The translations under genes were made by a program, and so were the position numbers. A stretch of DNA of 64,000 bases, from positions 33,728,001 through 33,792,000 of the forward strand of contig NC_045703.1 of NCBI RefSeq assembly GCF_009834535.1, in the 5' to 3' direction. The notes beneath the pieces were generated by a model. That model ran no database searches. It saw only the letters and a list, made by a program, of their open reading frames with translations, and was not told the origin of the DNA. Positions 1-13,539 of this stretch are shown here, piece by piece. The stretch is from Camelus ferus. Taxonomy: Eukaryota. Every line of letters starts with the position of its first letter. Positions within the stretch are counted from its first letter, which is position 1.

Positions 1-37
1 TAAGCACTCAATAAATGTTAACTATCATTGTCATTAT
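1..37 (+). mobile_element. MIR SINE 3' tail (truncated by window edge)
   Basis: taagcactcaataaatgttaactatcatt matches the MIR 3' end (gtaagcgctcaataaatgttagctattatt). Confidence 0.55.
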
Positions 38-2521
38 CCCAAAGAGACAGCTAGTTCTTAAGTAATCAATATCACTATTAAGGGTGAAATTTCCTCCACA
101 CACTAACAGTAAGTAACTTTAGATTACGCTTGTAGGTTCCTTTGTAAGATACTCTCTTCTATAAATCAGAAGGCTATTTCTGGAAGGCAGCTTCCAGCTC
201 AGATGTTCCGAGTGGTGTCTGAATAGCTGCTTCCTCTCAGTATTCCAATATTCGAACTTATCAATTCAGTGGTTGAATGGGCACAAAAAGTACGTGTAAG
301 ACACTTGTACTGTCACAAGATACCTTCTGTGCATACTTTAGAAGGAGAAATGTTATTTTCAAGACATACAAGTTTTTATCTTTCTAGGAGAGATGAACGA
401 TACTGAGAGGACCAAGTTCTCATTTGAGCTTGGTTAACTCGAAATCAGCCCTCTAATTTTAACTGAATTTGACTTAGATAGTTTACCCTTACATTGACTG
501 AATTTGGGCATTTGAGTGGAAGAAAGACTTGAAGAAATTTATTTTCTAAAAGCTGACTCCTAGCTGAATAGTACTAAGTGATTACAATCACTTCAATGGA
601 CACCACTGAAAGACACAAGAAAAGCTAGCAGGACATACAGTCTTTACATAAAGATCTCATAACCCACCACTTCCCCTGTGAGAGTTTAAGTCATGATTGA
701 GTACAGAGAGCCACTATGGAGTGACTGACTGACATGGACAGGTTTAGGTGGACCTATTTCTCCAGGGCAGAAATTCAGCAGGACAGACCAAGTTCCATGG
801 TTAAGAAATCGTTTCTAGTTCCCTAGATCAGATCAGTTTGTTCTTAGGACCTCCTGTGCTTGCCTGTGAGTTGGGGTGGAAGTGGAGTGAACAAAGGAGT
901 ATGAAGATCTTTCCCAATCTTTCCCGATCTGTCCTTCCATTGAGTGAGACTTTTGGGAGAGAATAAGACAGTACACCCTTTAGGTAACCTTTCTTTTAGC
1001 TTATTCTTTCTTTGTTATTTACTCATTACTTTAAAATGGCAACTGAAAAATATACTGCTCAAATTCCAATGACAAAGCTGAAAAATTAGGGAGTTGCTCT
1101 TTCGAAAATCTCCCCTCTTACTGGCCTAAAAACTCAAAATACTAGCATCTTTCTCAGCACCTGTTAGCCAGATTGGGGCTCCACAAAAAGACACCCCAAA
1201 TTCCACGGGAATTGAGTATCAGTCTATAAAGTGACAATCACTAGACATGGATTTTAGAACGTGTGGTGAGTATGCTACTCTATGGGTATTTTTGAAGTTA
1301 CTGATTTGCTTAATGGTGTGATGAAAGATACATTTTTTTAAAAAAAGAGGGCAATTAGTATCATTAGGAAGGAGAGACTAAATTCCTGGCAAATTTGTGA
1401 GTGAAAAAGAGAGATTAAGCAAGAAATGGGAGAGGACTAATTGGGGGAAAAGGTCCTCTGAAGGACAAAGAAGGAAAGGTGCAAGGCTCTTTTTTTGGCG
1501 GTTGGTGCCTTAAAAAGACAAGATAATTTTAGCTGCAGGATGGAGACAGCATGAAGCCCCAGGACTGTAAGCAGCTGGCCAAGAACCAGCCATTTTTGGC
1601 TGAAATGAGAGGTGACCTCTTTAGTCCAGGGAACAATCAAGGTTAATGGAGAAAGGTAGGGAGCAGCATTAAGGGGCAATTAGCAACCTCTTTCCCACAC
1701 AACAGCAAGACTGCTACAGGAGGTGACTGTCAGGCTGTGTGAAGAAATTTGGGGTGGCTCTGGAAGTGCACAAAATTCAGTGAGCTATTAAATAAATTAA
1801 AGAAATAATTGAGCTTACTTGGAAGCATTCTATACTTATTCTGGACTTTGCTTTGTAAATCACATGGATTTAGAAAGAAATTTAGTAGAAATTAGAGATG
1901 AGTGAAAATATCGGCTACTTGGTCAAAGTTCTTGTTTTAAAGAAAACAAATGCATGAATGAGACAATTATGGTTTGTAGACCTGATTCTCATGATGACCT
2001 TTTCCTGAGGACAGCCAAACACCAGCCTGTGACATACACACCCACACCTCCAACTCCCAGGAGCAGCTACCTAGACGCCCAGTGCTCTCCAGCAGCGAAC
2101 TGGCCTATAAAATGTTGCTTTTAGAATAACAAACACTTTACAGACTTAAAACATTACATGTGATTTCAAATAGATACCTAAGTGCTTTCAAGATTAGAGC
2201 AATTGTCCAGAAATAGAACTGAGGGAATAGTGGTGGAGCAAAAATATTAAAATCATAAAATATTCATGCCATTATTACCAAAGTAATAAAATGGAAATAT
2301 AGAATGTTCATATTTTAGCCAAACATATCAATAGGAACATAAACATAGCAATATCATGCACCAAAATTAATAGGGGAAAACAGCAACAAACTAAACATTC
2401 AAGTGCAAAAATGACTGCAGTTTTGGTGACTGTGGCCACAAAGGATGCAAGCGCAGTATAAGGTATTAGAACAAAATAAATGCACCTACTGTTTCTGGAA
2501 TTGGTCAGGTCTATATTAGGT

Positions 2522-3496
2522 CAGCATGGCATTTTCCAGTGTGTGAATCTGTGGAATACTGGTCCTATGAGATACTCCATTAAGAAAAAGTTCTATGATC
2601 AAACATATTTGAGAAATGTTGCAAAACGTTATTTCTCCCTTGAAATTTTATAATGCAAACAAGCAAGTTAAAAACCCTAAGAAGTCCTACTAGTAAAGAA
2701 ATGTTTACCTTTTATACCCAGAGCTCACTGCTGTAAAGACAAATAAAAATTAAAAACAAGAGGCTTAACTTTCCCTGTTGAAAATTAAGGAAGAGACTCC
2801 ACACCCGCCCCTACCTCCTTTTCCCTAGATTAGCATTTTACTTTAGAAAATTTATCATTGTAAATACTTTCTCTTGTCTTTAAAGTGTATATAAAATTTT
2901 TTGAAAACTAGATAGGACTTTTGTCAGCTTTATGACCCAAGGACCTGGGAGCTATCTTTTTGAAAAGCAAACATCAAGGAAGGCAGCACCCTTATTTCCC
3001 AGTTTCTGTGGGAGAGAGGAGCCTAACTTCAGTAGATGCCTTGCTCCAATTTGCAAAGCTACCTCCTGTCCTAAAGATATGAGGCATGTTTCTCCTCTGG
3101 ATGAAGCCAATAAGCTAACACAGATGGTCACCCCAGGTACAGGCAAAGTGAGGATAAACTATGTGTGAAAAATGGTGCTGTCAAGTCCTGTTCCTTGAGG
3201 ACTAGTTACTGCGTCAGTAATGGGTGGTATCTGCTTGCCCATATGAGGGAGTGCAATTTATTTCTGTCTTTGCAGTCTCTTCATGGACAGTGTATGATGT
3301 ACATCACATTTTAACTTAATGCTTATTCAATAATTAAAGTTTTCATTTTCTACTACTTTTGGAGACAGGATTTCTGGGTTGGTAGAAGATTTTGTTTTTA
3401 TTATTTTTTTCCCAACACCATACTCATCTGAGCCATCACCCCCCACCACCTTTTTATGAACACCAGTGAAAAATGTGCACATTTTGGGAATCACTG
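2522..3496. mobile_element. hAT-Charlie-type non-autonomous DNA transposon (MITE), split by an LTR
   Basis: Left part ttctatgatcaaacatatttgagaaatgttgc...gaagtcctactagtaaagaa (2522-2731). Right part ends cacattttgggaatcactg (3418-3496), typical of Charlie MITE termini. Subfamily not assigned. Confidence 0.5.
2732..3417 (+). mobile_element. Solo LTR, ERV1 class (MER34/MER39-like)
   Basis: Begins TGTAAAG and ends CCCAACA (TG...CA), 686 bp. Internal gaggcttaactttccctgttgaaaa and gagcctaacttcagtagatgccttgctcc resemble MER34/39-family LTRs. No intact TSD seen. Confidence 0.65.
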
Positions 3497-3879
3497 GTTT
3501 ATGGTATTCCATTTATGATTTTATAAAATGACTCCAAATATCTTAAAATCTCAGTTACCTTAAGAATGAGAATTAAGAATGTTTGACTGAAAAAGAGACA
3601 GAGAACTTAAGTTTCTTTAAGCCTCCAAGCACTCTTTTTCATCTGGACTTCCTCATCTGAACCACAGAACACAAAGATGATTTCTCAACTCTTTCAAGGA
3701 TGCTGCATAATCTATACCATTTTAGATACCCAGGGAGAACAGACTTTATGATGCCTTTAATATATTTTTAAGAGATACATCTTTAAGAGATCTTTAAGAC
3801 ATGAGGGCTTAATTCTGTTGTGAAACTCCACTTGAGAAAGGCTGGCTGATCCCCTCCTCTCAGAGCAGAGCAATCTATA

Positions 3880-4728
3880 TGCTGATGACTTTTCCTTAGA
3901 CTTCAGATTCATAAAGGCAATTGCTGACTTGACATTTTCACTTAAATGTCTAATAAACATCTCAACTGAGTATGTCTAGTACTAAATGTGATCTTTCATC
4001 ACAACCCTACTCCTCAAAATATCTCCTGTATCTCAGTTGATGGTAACTCTTCTTCTAGCTGTCAGGTCAGAAAAATCTTGGAGTCATCCTTGACCCCTCC
4101 TTTTCATCTGTACTAAAAAAATCTTGTTGGCTCTACCTTCTAAATATGTCTAGAACTAGCCATTTCTCATTACACCTACTGCCATCACCCAGGAGTAAGA
4201 TGCCATCATCTCTTGCCTGTTTATCCCAACAGCTCCTGGCCAGTCATTCTCAGCACAAAAGTCAGACTGGTCCTTTTAACCGTCATCTTTCTGACCTCAT
4301 CCCGGCACATTCTCGTCCTTTCTGTTCAAACTTGCTAGGCACCTCTCACTGTAGAGTCTCTGCAATGACTATTCCCTCTACTTGGAATATTCTCCCATGT
4401 GGTCGCATTCCTCACTGCAAGTCTCTACCCAAATATCACCTTCTCAACAACTTTACTTTAACCATACTACTTAAAATTGCAACCCATTCCCCAATCCTTG
4501 GTTCTCCTGATCCCTCTTACTCTGCTGCCCCCCCCCCACCAGGGTACATATTTCCTTCTAATATGTTAGCTTATTATCTTTTATGTTTATTGATCTTTTC
4601 TGACTCTCCTCTCCCTCCTCTAAAATATAAGTACCAGGAAGATAGGGATCTTTGCATTCCACGTGCCCAGAGAGATCCTGGCACACACGAGGTAGGCAAT
4701 GAATATTTGAACAAATTAAATAAATGGA
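3880..4728 (+). mobile_element. L2 LINE 3' fragment (L2a-like)
   Basis: tgctgatgact..., cttggagtcatccttgacccctcc, and terminal cctggcacacacgaggtaggcaatgaatatttga are canonical L2 3' motifs. Confidence 0.8.
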
Positions 4729-5929
4729 GGGTGAAATCAGCAGCAGGCAAGATTAAGATTTGATGCATGGGAAAAAAATCCCAATAGTCTGCTTGTCAGG
4801 TTCATGTATAGGTTAATGATCAAGGTCACAAAATCCTCTCGCAGGAAGTCATCAACCTAGAGTAGATTTCTAAACCATCTAGCGCAGTGAGGGGAAGCTG
4901 GCCTGGAGGCAGGTCATGGATCTGACTCTGGTGGATTCAGACAGCTCAATTGTTTTATAAATTATTTTAGAGAACAGAAGAAAGAAAACTTGAGGGCTAG
5001 GTTTTCCTTTCAAAGTTGATCTGAGAGTAATCTACTGACTAGGACCTTGATTAACTCTCCCTAAATGAAAATGAAAACTGGGGTCATATATCCTTACTGC
5101 CAAAGTAATGTTGCAAATAATTTAAATTTTGATATTACTTTTAGGCTCACAGGTGATAAGGTCAATGTCTTAACCAAAAACACTAGGAAGAGTTGAGGTA
5201 TGGTTGATTCTCTCACTTTATAATCAGAACCGATGGTTGGTTGGCTAATTGGAAGAATTGGCTAAGGTGGGAATTATCAATTAATACACACCTTGTGCAT
5301 TTCACTTTAGCTTAAAACATAGGAATCACCTTTTGAAGGAGACTCACAACCTTTTCTTTGAGTGTAGGTCTGGTGATTGTTATTCCCTACTTTCTTCCTT
5401 GCTAAGTCACACCCACCTTTCATCATCTACAATTCCAATTTCATTTCTTCAAAGTAAAACCTTCAGACACTTGTGAAGAATTTTGAGTGGGGACTCCTCC
5501 TGATATATTTTTTAAATTTAAACGTTTTGTTGACTATAACTCAATAAAAAATGTGAAAAAATAAAGGTTTTGTACTATAATTTATACTTGTACAATTAGT
5601 TTTTTATGATTCTAAAAGTATATTCTGAAGTAATTTCTTGGATAATTTTATATTCTAGGAATGCATATATTTTATTTTTAATCTTTATAGCTTTAAATTT
5701 TTTCTTTAGTCTTTTAGAGTCAACTTGTTCAAGCCAACTTAGATAGAATTTTTTTTTGCAACTTACCTTTGTCAAATCTTTCCAAAGAATTCGACTAAAT
5801 TTTCAAAGAAACTACTCTTGAATTTCACATTTATATTCCTAAGGTTACTAAATATTCAATTAAAATGCATAACTACACAATACACAATTGCCACAAACAG
5901 TTTGGGGGCAAACACTAGTAGTTACTGAG

Positions 5930-6804
5930 AAGTACACAAAACAGCTGGTGGACAGAGAAATGCAAAGTGGCCTGAGAGTACCACACTGGCCATACACCCT
6001 CCACGTGCCCTGAACCACATCCAGGGCATTTTGTAGAGGACATGGTGAGCACTGATGTTTGGTTTTTGCAGGCAGTAACCAATTCTCTGACACCAACTAG
6101 GTGTCCTATAATTCAATTCAATTTTGACAGTAACTACCCAGAGTTAGCACAGACCACCCCCCAAATCCGCTCCAAGTTAAGGACTCAGTTTCACAAGATT
6201 GTCCTCACTTCAGATGCTAGTCTCAAGTCCTAGGTCCCTAGGCTACCTACATTTCTATCACCCTTGGTTATAAATTCAGTCCCCTCACCCCAGGTTCAAC
6301 ATTCACTAGAATCATGCATAGAACTCAAGAACACACTATGATTATACTTACTGGTTTGTTATAAAGGATACAAGTTAGGAACAACCAAATGGAAGAGAGG
6401 CAAGGGGCAAGGTATAGGTGGTGGTGGTGATGGTGGTGGCAGCACAGAACTTCCCTGCCCTCTCTGGTTGTACCACCCTCCCTGCACATCACTATGTTCA
6501 GCAACCTGGAAGCTCTCTTAACCTCACTGTTTCAGGTCTTTAACTGAAGTTTCATGCAAAGGCACAGTTGATTAAATTGAACTCAATCTCCAGCTCCTCT
6601 CCCCTTCCTGGACATTAGGGGTGGGCTGAAAGTTCTAACCTTATAATCACGTCGTTGGCTTTTCTAGGTCCTCCTCCCCCCATGGGTCATTTCAGTAGCA
6701 ATGAAACATTCCTATCACTCACGAAATCCCAACGGTTTTAAGAGCTTTGTGCCAGAATGGGGGTGGGGGGAGCAAAGGCCAAATACATTTTTTATTATAT
6801 CACA
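5930..6804 (-). mobile_element. MER21-family LTR (ERVL; MER21B/C-like)
   Basis: Reverse complement starts tgtgatataataaaaaatgtatttggcctttg...ctggcacaaagctcttaaaaccgttgggatttcgtgagtgatagg. Also contains gacaccaactaggtgtcctataattcaattc. Left boundary uncertain. Confidence 0.8.
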
Positions 6805-6849
6805 AATGGTTATGGTATTGAATGAGTATAAATGTTTATCTGCGTTCCC

Positions 6850-6962
6850 TTCTCTGTGTGCTCATTGAGGGCAGTATTTTACATCTGTTTTTCTTTTTTC
6901 CTCCTGAAGCACAAAGCAGATACTCAAAACTTTTTAATAAAAGAGTGACTGCCTGAATGAAG
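6850..6962 (+). mobile_element. L2 3' terminal remnant
   Basis: cattgagggcag...gcacaaagcagatactcaaa...tgaatgaa tail. Confidence 0.4.
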
Positions 6963-7099
6963 CAAACAAACTGCATTTTAGCAGTCTATGATATTGCCCA
7001 GTAATAAAAATATGAGAGAACTAGACATTTCAGCAGAAACAAAACTATCATAGTCAATTGTAATAATTCATATGATAAAATTCTTATTAACTAAATACT

Positions 7100-7295
7100 G
7101 GCATGTGGAAACCCCGACATTTAGCCCCAGCTTGGCCACCCACTCACTCTGTGTATGACTGGGCATGTCACATAACCACTCATGGTCTGAATGTTCTCAG
7201 CAGTAAAACACAGGAAAAATGATACCCTCTCTTATCACACAGCAGTGTTGTGAGGGTTAAGTAAAATAATGTACTAAAACTAAAGTGCTTGTAAC
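7100..7295 (+). mobile_element. MIR SINE
   Basis: ccccagcttggccacccactcactctgtgtatgactgggcatgtcacataacc...gttgtgagggttaagtaaaataatgta. Confidence 0.65.
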
Positions 7296-9319
7296 TTTAA
7301 AATTTTAGTCAAATAAGAGTAATTAAAATGTTATTAAACATGCAATATTAGTAAACATAAAAGTCTGACTTCTGAACAGCTAAGGGATATTAATGAAAAT
7401 GCATAGAAAAAATTAGCAATAAAGTTCATTTGATCCTGAAAAAGGTTGAAAAGTTTGAAGTTGTATACAGCTCAACCTGAACTTCCCACTCATAACATTT
7501 GAGAAGACTGTAGCCTAGGAGCAGAAGGGACATTGTGAAGTGTATTAAACATCACCTTGTCTTCAGCGCACTTTGGGTCTGATGCTGTAATCAATGGGAA
7601 ATTTTCCTGTATAAAGGCTGCAGGATACAGTATATCACATCCCACCCTTTCCAGTTAGGTTATTTATTGCTATTCAATTCACATTTCCCTCAGGTTTTGG
7701 CAAGATTATAGAATTTATTCATCTGCATAGTAGCCAGCCAAGTAAATCACATTGCATATTTTCATTGTCACACATTACTCTTACCTGGCATTGGTGGCTT
7801 TATTTCTTTGTCCCTCAGAGTATCTGAAGATTTAGCTGTACGAGCTTCCCTTTTATAATTCTGCAATTTAGTATTATTGTTCCCTTCCTAATATGTTCTT
7901 GATAAAAAGCATTGAAAAAATAGAGTGAGTCAACAACAAAACCAGAGACAAGGTGATAAACATGGATGAAACACCTGTCCTTGTAGACAAAAGGTACCAG
8001 TTGATATTAAAACAAAAAGAACACTATCTCTGCCACAAGGTCTCCAAACACTTAGTTAGAAATACACAAGCACAAGGAGCTGCATTAGAGCAGCCTCATG
8101 GGCTCCCCCAAGAACAGTCATAGTGAAGATGGCTCACTCCCCCTGCTTTATGCCAAGCATTCTGAGTAAGAGTCCAAACTCCTAAGATGTGCTAAGGCTA
8201 TGCCTCTCTATAACTCAGTGGCTCTCTTTTTCTTTTTTTTTTTTCTACAGACTTTTGTAGACAGTCCTTTTGGTAGGAAAAAAGACCCCGCCATTCATTT
8301 GTGTCACCTGTTTCCACTTTCCACTGGGCAAATAATCTTGGTGATAGCAGCATTATACCACCCCATACTGGAGGACACTCTTACTATGTCATATGGCATT
8401 ATCCCATGGGCTCACTCTCCTATACAGTTAATATAGTTGACTGTAGTACAATTATACCGTTCAAAACGATGTATGTTATGCTATAATACACTGTACTGCA
8501 CTGTGCTACACAGTGTAATTTCTGAAGGGAAGTTTCTGCATATGTTTACTTCAGCAATAAATTGCATGAATAATCCATCTCTGAACCACAATATATAGTG
8601 TATCTTAAGGTATAGTTACTGTAAGTTATAGGCCAAAAATACTGTTCACAACTGTAGGAATAACCGAACACTTCAGGGTTAAGTAGCCCTAATAATGATG
8701 ACTTAAAATTAACAGGCACGTATAACAAGGAACAGCAGCAACTGAAAACCCTAATCAACTCAAAACTACATTGTTGAGGCACTGATAACATGTTCTTTCT
8801 AAAAACTGAGGAAATTCCAATGTTGTGTATGCATTTGCAGGAGGTTTCTGAGTGCTGCCCAGTGGTCAGATTCTTGGTCAAACTCTTGATAATTTTGACA
8901 ATCATTAATTTCAGGTTATGAGTACCAAGTTTTAAAAAATACTAATAACTCACTATTAGTAATTAATGGCAAAAGCATTTTCAGCAGAGACACTGTCTGT
9001 GTTACTATGGGCACTATTCCCTCTCCTAGGCAATCACAATCTCTTGCTCTTCTGAACACTAAATGCCAATGGCATCATTTGATCTTTGTGACTGCCAAAA
9101 AGACCAAGGCCAAATGCTTGCTAGCGGGGAGAGGATGGTGTTGAGAATCACACTGCTTGTGAAAACTCAGGAAAGGATTGGTGTAGGGGCCAGTCTGTGT
9201 CCCACAAGGAGAGCCCATCCTCTCACATTGCCTCAGTGACTCTGAACCTGACCTGTCCACACCCTAAGACATGTACAAATGCATTTCTTAGCTTTGCATG
9301 GTAGTAAATAGTTTGGCCT

Positions 9320-9475
9320 CCTTTACTTATTCTGTGACTCCAAATGAATTTTTTTCTAACTTCCCTGAGCTTTAGCTTTCTCAGTTTTGAGAAAGGAACA
9401 ATAATGCCTGTTTTAACTATTTTATGCAAAGTGCTTCGTAAATTGTAAATCATGATGCAAAAATATATTATTACT
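9320..9475 (+). mobile_element. MIR SINE remnant
   Basis: tgtgactccaaatgaa...ttccctgagctttagctttctcagttttgagaaaggaacaataatgcct core. Confidence 0.5.
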
Positions 9476-11519
9476 CGTATGTTTTTAAAGATCAGAGATT
9501 GCCTTGGATTATATGCTTAATTCTCAAATACACTGGTTACAGACCTACGCTATAAGCTCAATAAATATTCCTGGGCAATGAATGCGATGGATCTACCTAA
9601 AGGCAAACAGGGGAGATAGGGTTAAAATCCATAAGAGATCACAGCAATTACTGGAATGTAAATGGCAGACTGTAGCCCAGTTACAGTAAGTCGGAATTGT
9701 GGGTCTTAGAGTCAGTGGCCTGAACAAATTATCAGTATCACTACATTATTGCCAAATTAAAATGTATAATATTCTTTCCTATAATCTGTATTTCCAGAGA
9801 GACCATCACATTCTCTATAGCCAATTCAATTCAATCAAGCAAAGTTTTATTAAACATATGCTACATTTTGGCACTGTTTTTGCTTTGAGAATTATTAACT
9901 ATATGTATTAAATCTTTAAAAAATATGCATTTGTAGTTCTTTTCTATTAGTGAAAAAAGTGTTGATCGTCTCTTTCATAACCTTCTTTTCAAAAACACCT
10001 TCCCTCTGTATAATTTTCAAAAATTTTTTCCCTCTGACCCAATTTTTTCCTTTTTAAGCTTCCTCTTCCTACATATCCCCTTCCTGTGTTCTCTCAGCTT
10101 TTCTGTGGAGCATTGTCTTTCATTTTGCCAACTCACTAAGTGGTCCTAGAATAAACAATTTGGTATTCAAATTGTGGATACTCATTTTAATAAAAAAGAA
10201 AGTTGTTAAGCAGAAGATGAAAATTACTTGTTCCTGTTCCAGTTTTGATTCTGAAATCCTTTAGAGTAGGAACTAGCATGTGAGTATGAATTTAGGTTGG
10301 TTAGAAATAGAAATCACCTATTTCAATTGAAGAACATAACTTCAAACATCCTCGGTGATTGATTGGAAGTCAGTTGGGGAAAGAGGGAAGAAAAGGGAGA
10401 GAAGGAGAGGGGGAGGGATGGAGAGAAACTACGAACGCACAAGAATGATTGTGTGTTGGTGGGCAGGGGCAGAAAGTCCAAGTTTTTTCTCCTTTTAAGG
10501 CACTATAGAGAGAAAATTCTCAAGTAATAGCATAAAGGAAACTTTCAATGTATCTTTAAAATCCACAGAAGGCTAACATTATCATTCTAGTAGCATTTTA
10601 CATGGTGCCCAAGTTGCTCACTGTCTCTGATTTTTCAGTCAAAGGCCAAAGTGGAAAAATTAATACATCATCCAAGACAAAAACGTAAATACAGTACTGC
10701 AAATGAACCAGATGGAGTCAAACAGAAAGGCTGCTAAAACGCTTAGATAAAATATTCATTACTAGTAGTAATTACAAACTGAAATTAGGAAATAAAAGTT
10801 CCATATGAGCAGAAGTGATTTTGTAGCTTCATTCATCTGTGAGCCCCTTGTAGGTATATTCCACATTTTCATTGCATAATTTGAAGGCAAAAGCCTGTTG
10901 TAGTCTCGGACTTCAATTATAGGAACAGAGAAAAAGTGTTAAAAAAATCTGTGATCACCATTCATGTCTTAAGGGATTTTAGCTTATTTTCTCCATTATA
11001 GCAGCTGCTCTGGTCTCGGAGAAGATGACAGACAAGAAAACCATTAGCACTTCTCCAGCTTAAGCAGTAGCAATGTGAACACCAGCTAATAAGACAGGAA
11101 CTGCCTTATTCGAGACTGCATTAAACAGCTCATTGAAAAGTTAAACATTTTCAAAAGGCAGGCAGACCCTCTGATGTAGTCCTAAGAACATGTACCACAC
11201 TCCCTTAAGGTTTGGGCCACTTCTGTATAATTCAGATCTGGGTTTAGAAGGTGCCAAGAACGGTAGCCTTTCAAAGATACCAGACGCGACGATCCCCCAG
11301 ACCAACCACATTTAGGTGAAGCTCCCTCAGCACTTGTGATGAGCGGTGGTGGGTTTTTGCCAACTTAGGGGCAACTTGCTCCTTGCAGGGCATCTCAGTT
11401 ATAGTCGCAATAAAAGTTCTACTTAAATTGAGACAAGGTTTACTACCTGAGTCATCCACCTGTTCCTCCTTGTCCTGCTACACCTGGACTCCTTATCCCC
11501 ATGGCAGCCTTCAAATACG

Positions 11520-11850
11520 GAACACAGTTTTCAGATCTCCATAAGGTCTCACTACATCTTGTCTCCTCCCAGCTAAACATTCTTGTCTCCTTCAGGGTGC
11601 TCCTTCTCCTGTCTTAGTCCTAGAGGCCTTCCTCTGGAGACACTTTATTTCTGTTCCAGGTAGAGTGCCACTCTGAAAACCTAATGCAATGCTTCAGGCG
11701 TGGCTATGGTTCTGCTCGACCTAAAAGAGGCCATTATCCTCCTTGCTCTGGAAATGTTCTTATTACAATTCAAATCAAAGGTCATATAAGCTCTGTTAGG
11801 CAATTACATCACATCTCTGGCTCATAATTAAATGAATGCCTAGAATCTTC
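11520..11850 (-). mobile_element. Possible CR1/L3 LINE remnant
   Basis: gcttcaggcgtggc...ccattatcctccttgctctggaaatgttcttattacaattc resembles the reverse strand of L3/CR1 3' sequence. Highly diverged. Confidence 0.4.
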
Positions 11851-13539
11851 CATGTATGTTTCTTTTGAGTTATTCTCAATGCCCTTTTTTTTTTTTTTCT
11901 TTGACTGGAGGATAGGACTTTACATTTATTTCCATTTCACTTCCCCAGATTTGGCCCAGGGTGTGGCCGGTACAGATCGTTCTGGGTCTTGGTCCTCACT
12001 TCCATGCTATGAGTTATTCTTCAGTTTCATGCCATCTGCACATTTGATTCTAGGATGCCATGGGTTCCTAGGAATCATTCCAGAAAAGCCCTTTCACAGT
12101 AGTAAAGTTAAAGAAAATTATGCAAACATTTTATGTGATGCCTATGTAAATAATTTTCCTTTCTATTAACTTCAGGATTTTTTGAGTCTCATGAATATAT
12201 TTCCTCAAATTATGCCACATTCCATTAAAAAAAAAAGACTTCATTTACTAAGTCAAGTGTTTATATATGTCAGAAAAAAAGTGTTAAAAATCAATTTCAT
12301 TAATTAATTCCTGGATTACACAGAAGGACCAAAGAATTATTTCCATTTATGACTCTGTAGGGGTACAGAAGAGACTCGGCATAACAGATTAAGCTAGAAG
12401 AATCTAACCGAATTCAGAATAGACTCAGAATGCTCAGAGGCACGGGTATTGTTAAAGATCCAGTCAGGTGATTGCTAATGGCTTAAAACACAATGAATGG
12501 GAAAAAAAATACCTGCAAGTAACATGAGCACATGTTATGTACCCCAGACTGTTTCGCATGCTAGACATATTGTCACCTTTGCAGTGATTTTGTGAGAACT
12601 GACAACCAGAGGGTGTTATTTCAGGTGCAGCTGTGGGTGTGGCCTGTCACTGCCTCACTGATTTCAGACCGAAGGGGTTTGTGTCTCTGCCTGCTAACAG
12701 GGAAAATGTTTGCTTACCTGAAACTTAGTAAGACTTAGACTGAGAGTTAACAAGTGTCTCCCATCCTAGGAGACACAGAGCTTCTACAAAGGGCAGGGCT
12801 GGCCTTCTGCAAAATTGTAGCCCTGCTCATGGTGGATATTCCAAACCCCTGGTATGTTTTCCGATGGGGAGCTCCTGCCGTGGGGTTAGGATATTCGGGG
12901 GTACACGGTGATGTTGATGTTCTGTTGCTCTTTTCTCACTGACTGTTTGTTCTCTAATTTATCACTCCTCACCTTGAACCCTCAAACCATAACATCAACA
13001 TTCATATTCTACAAGTCCTGGCGGGAAAAACAAAAATGGCAGTGGCGGTTTATTATTTCCTGTTAACAAGTACATTAATTGAATCAAAAACGCTTTTACA
13101 CGGAGAGAATTTCCAGTATTATTTAACATTTTAATGGTCTCTGAATTAACTTATACATGTTTACTTTTGCAATTCCATCAAAGAAATCTATTTTATCTCT
13201 ATCCAAACATTTCAACTAAAGCAGCTAACTCTATAAATATACTGCCTTGTGTTCCTAACACCCTTACCTTGCCCACTGCAGTAGGTCGGTATAGCCTGCA
13301 TCTGGCTAAGATGCCTTTACTTTCAGCCTTTCTCTCAGTTGCTCATCTTTGGCCTGCAGATCCAAGCTTTCTCAGCAGCTTCCTCTCTTATCTTCACAAC
13401 ATTCCAATTTTGGATATTTCCTCTGTACACTTGTCTCCAGACATCTCAGTATAAGATAACAATTCCAGTTTTAAAGTATGTAGAGTCTCCTGGGGAACAA
13501 GCTCAAATGTGTACAAGGCTATCTTGTTACATAAAAGAG

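Noticed and set aside
4146-4763. Longest clean ORF (205 aa, +)
   Set aside because: Lies within an L2 3' fragment. It is a pyrimidine-rich chance frame (S/L/P-rich) with no recognisable domain.
7785-7890. Minus-strand frame EGNNNTKLQNYKREARTAKSSDTLRDKEIKPPMP with CAG|gtaaga donor
   Set aside because: The acceptor lacks a convincing pyrimidine tract and the peptide is unrecognised.
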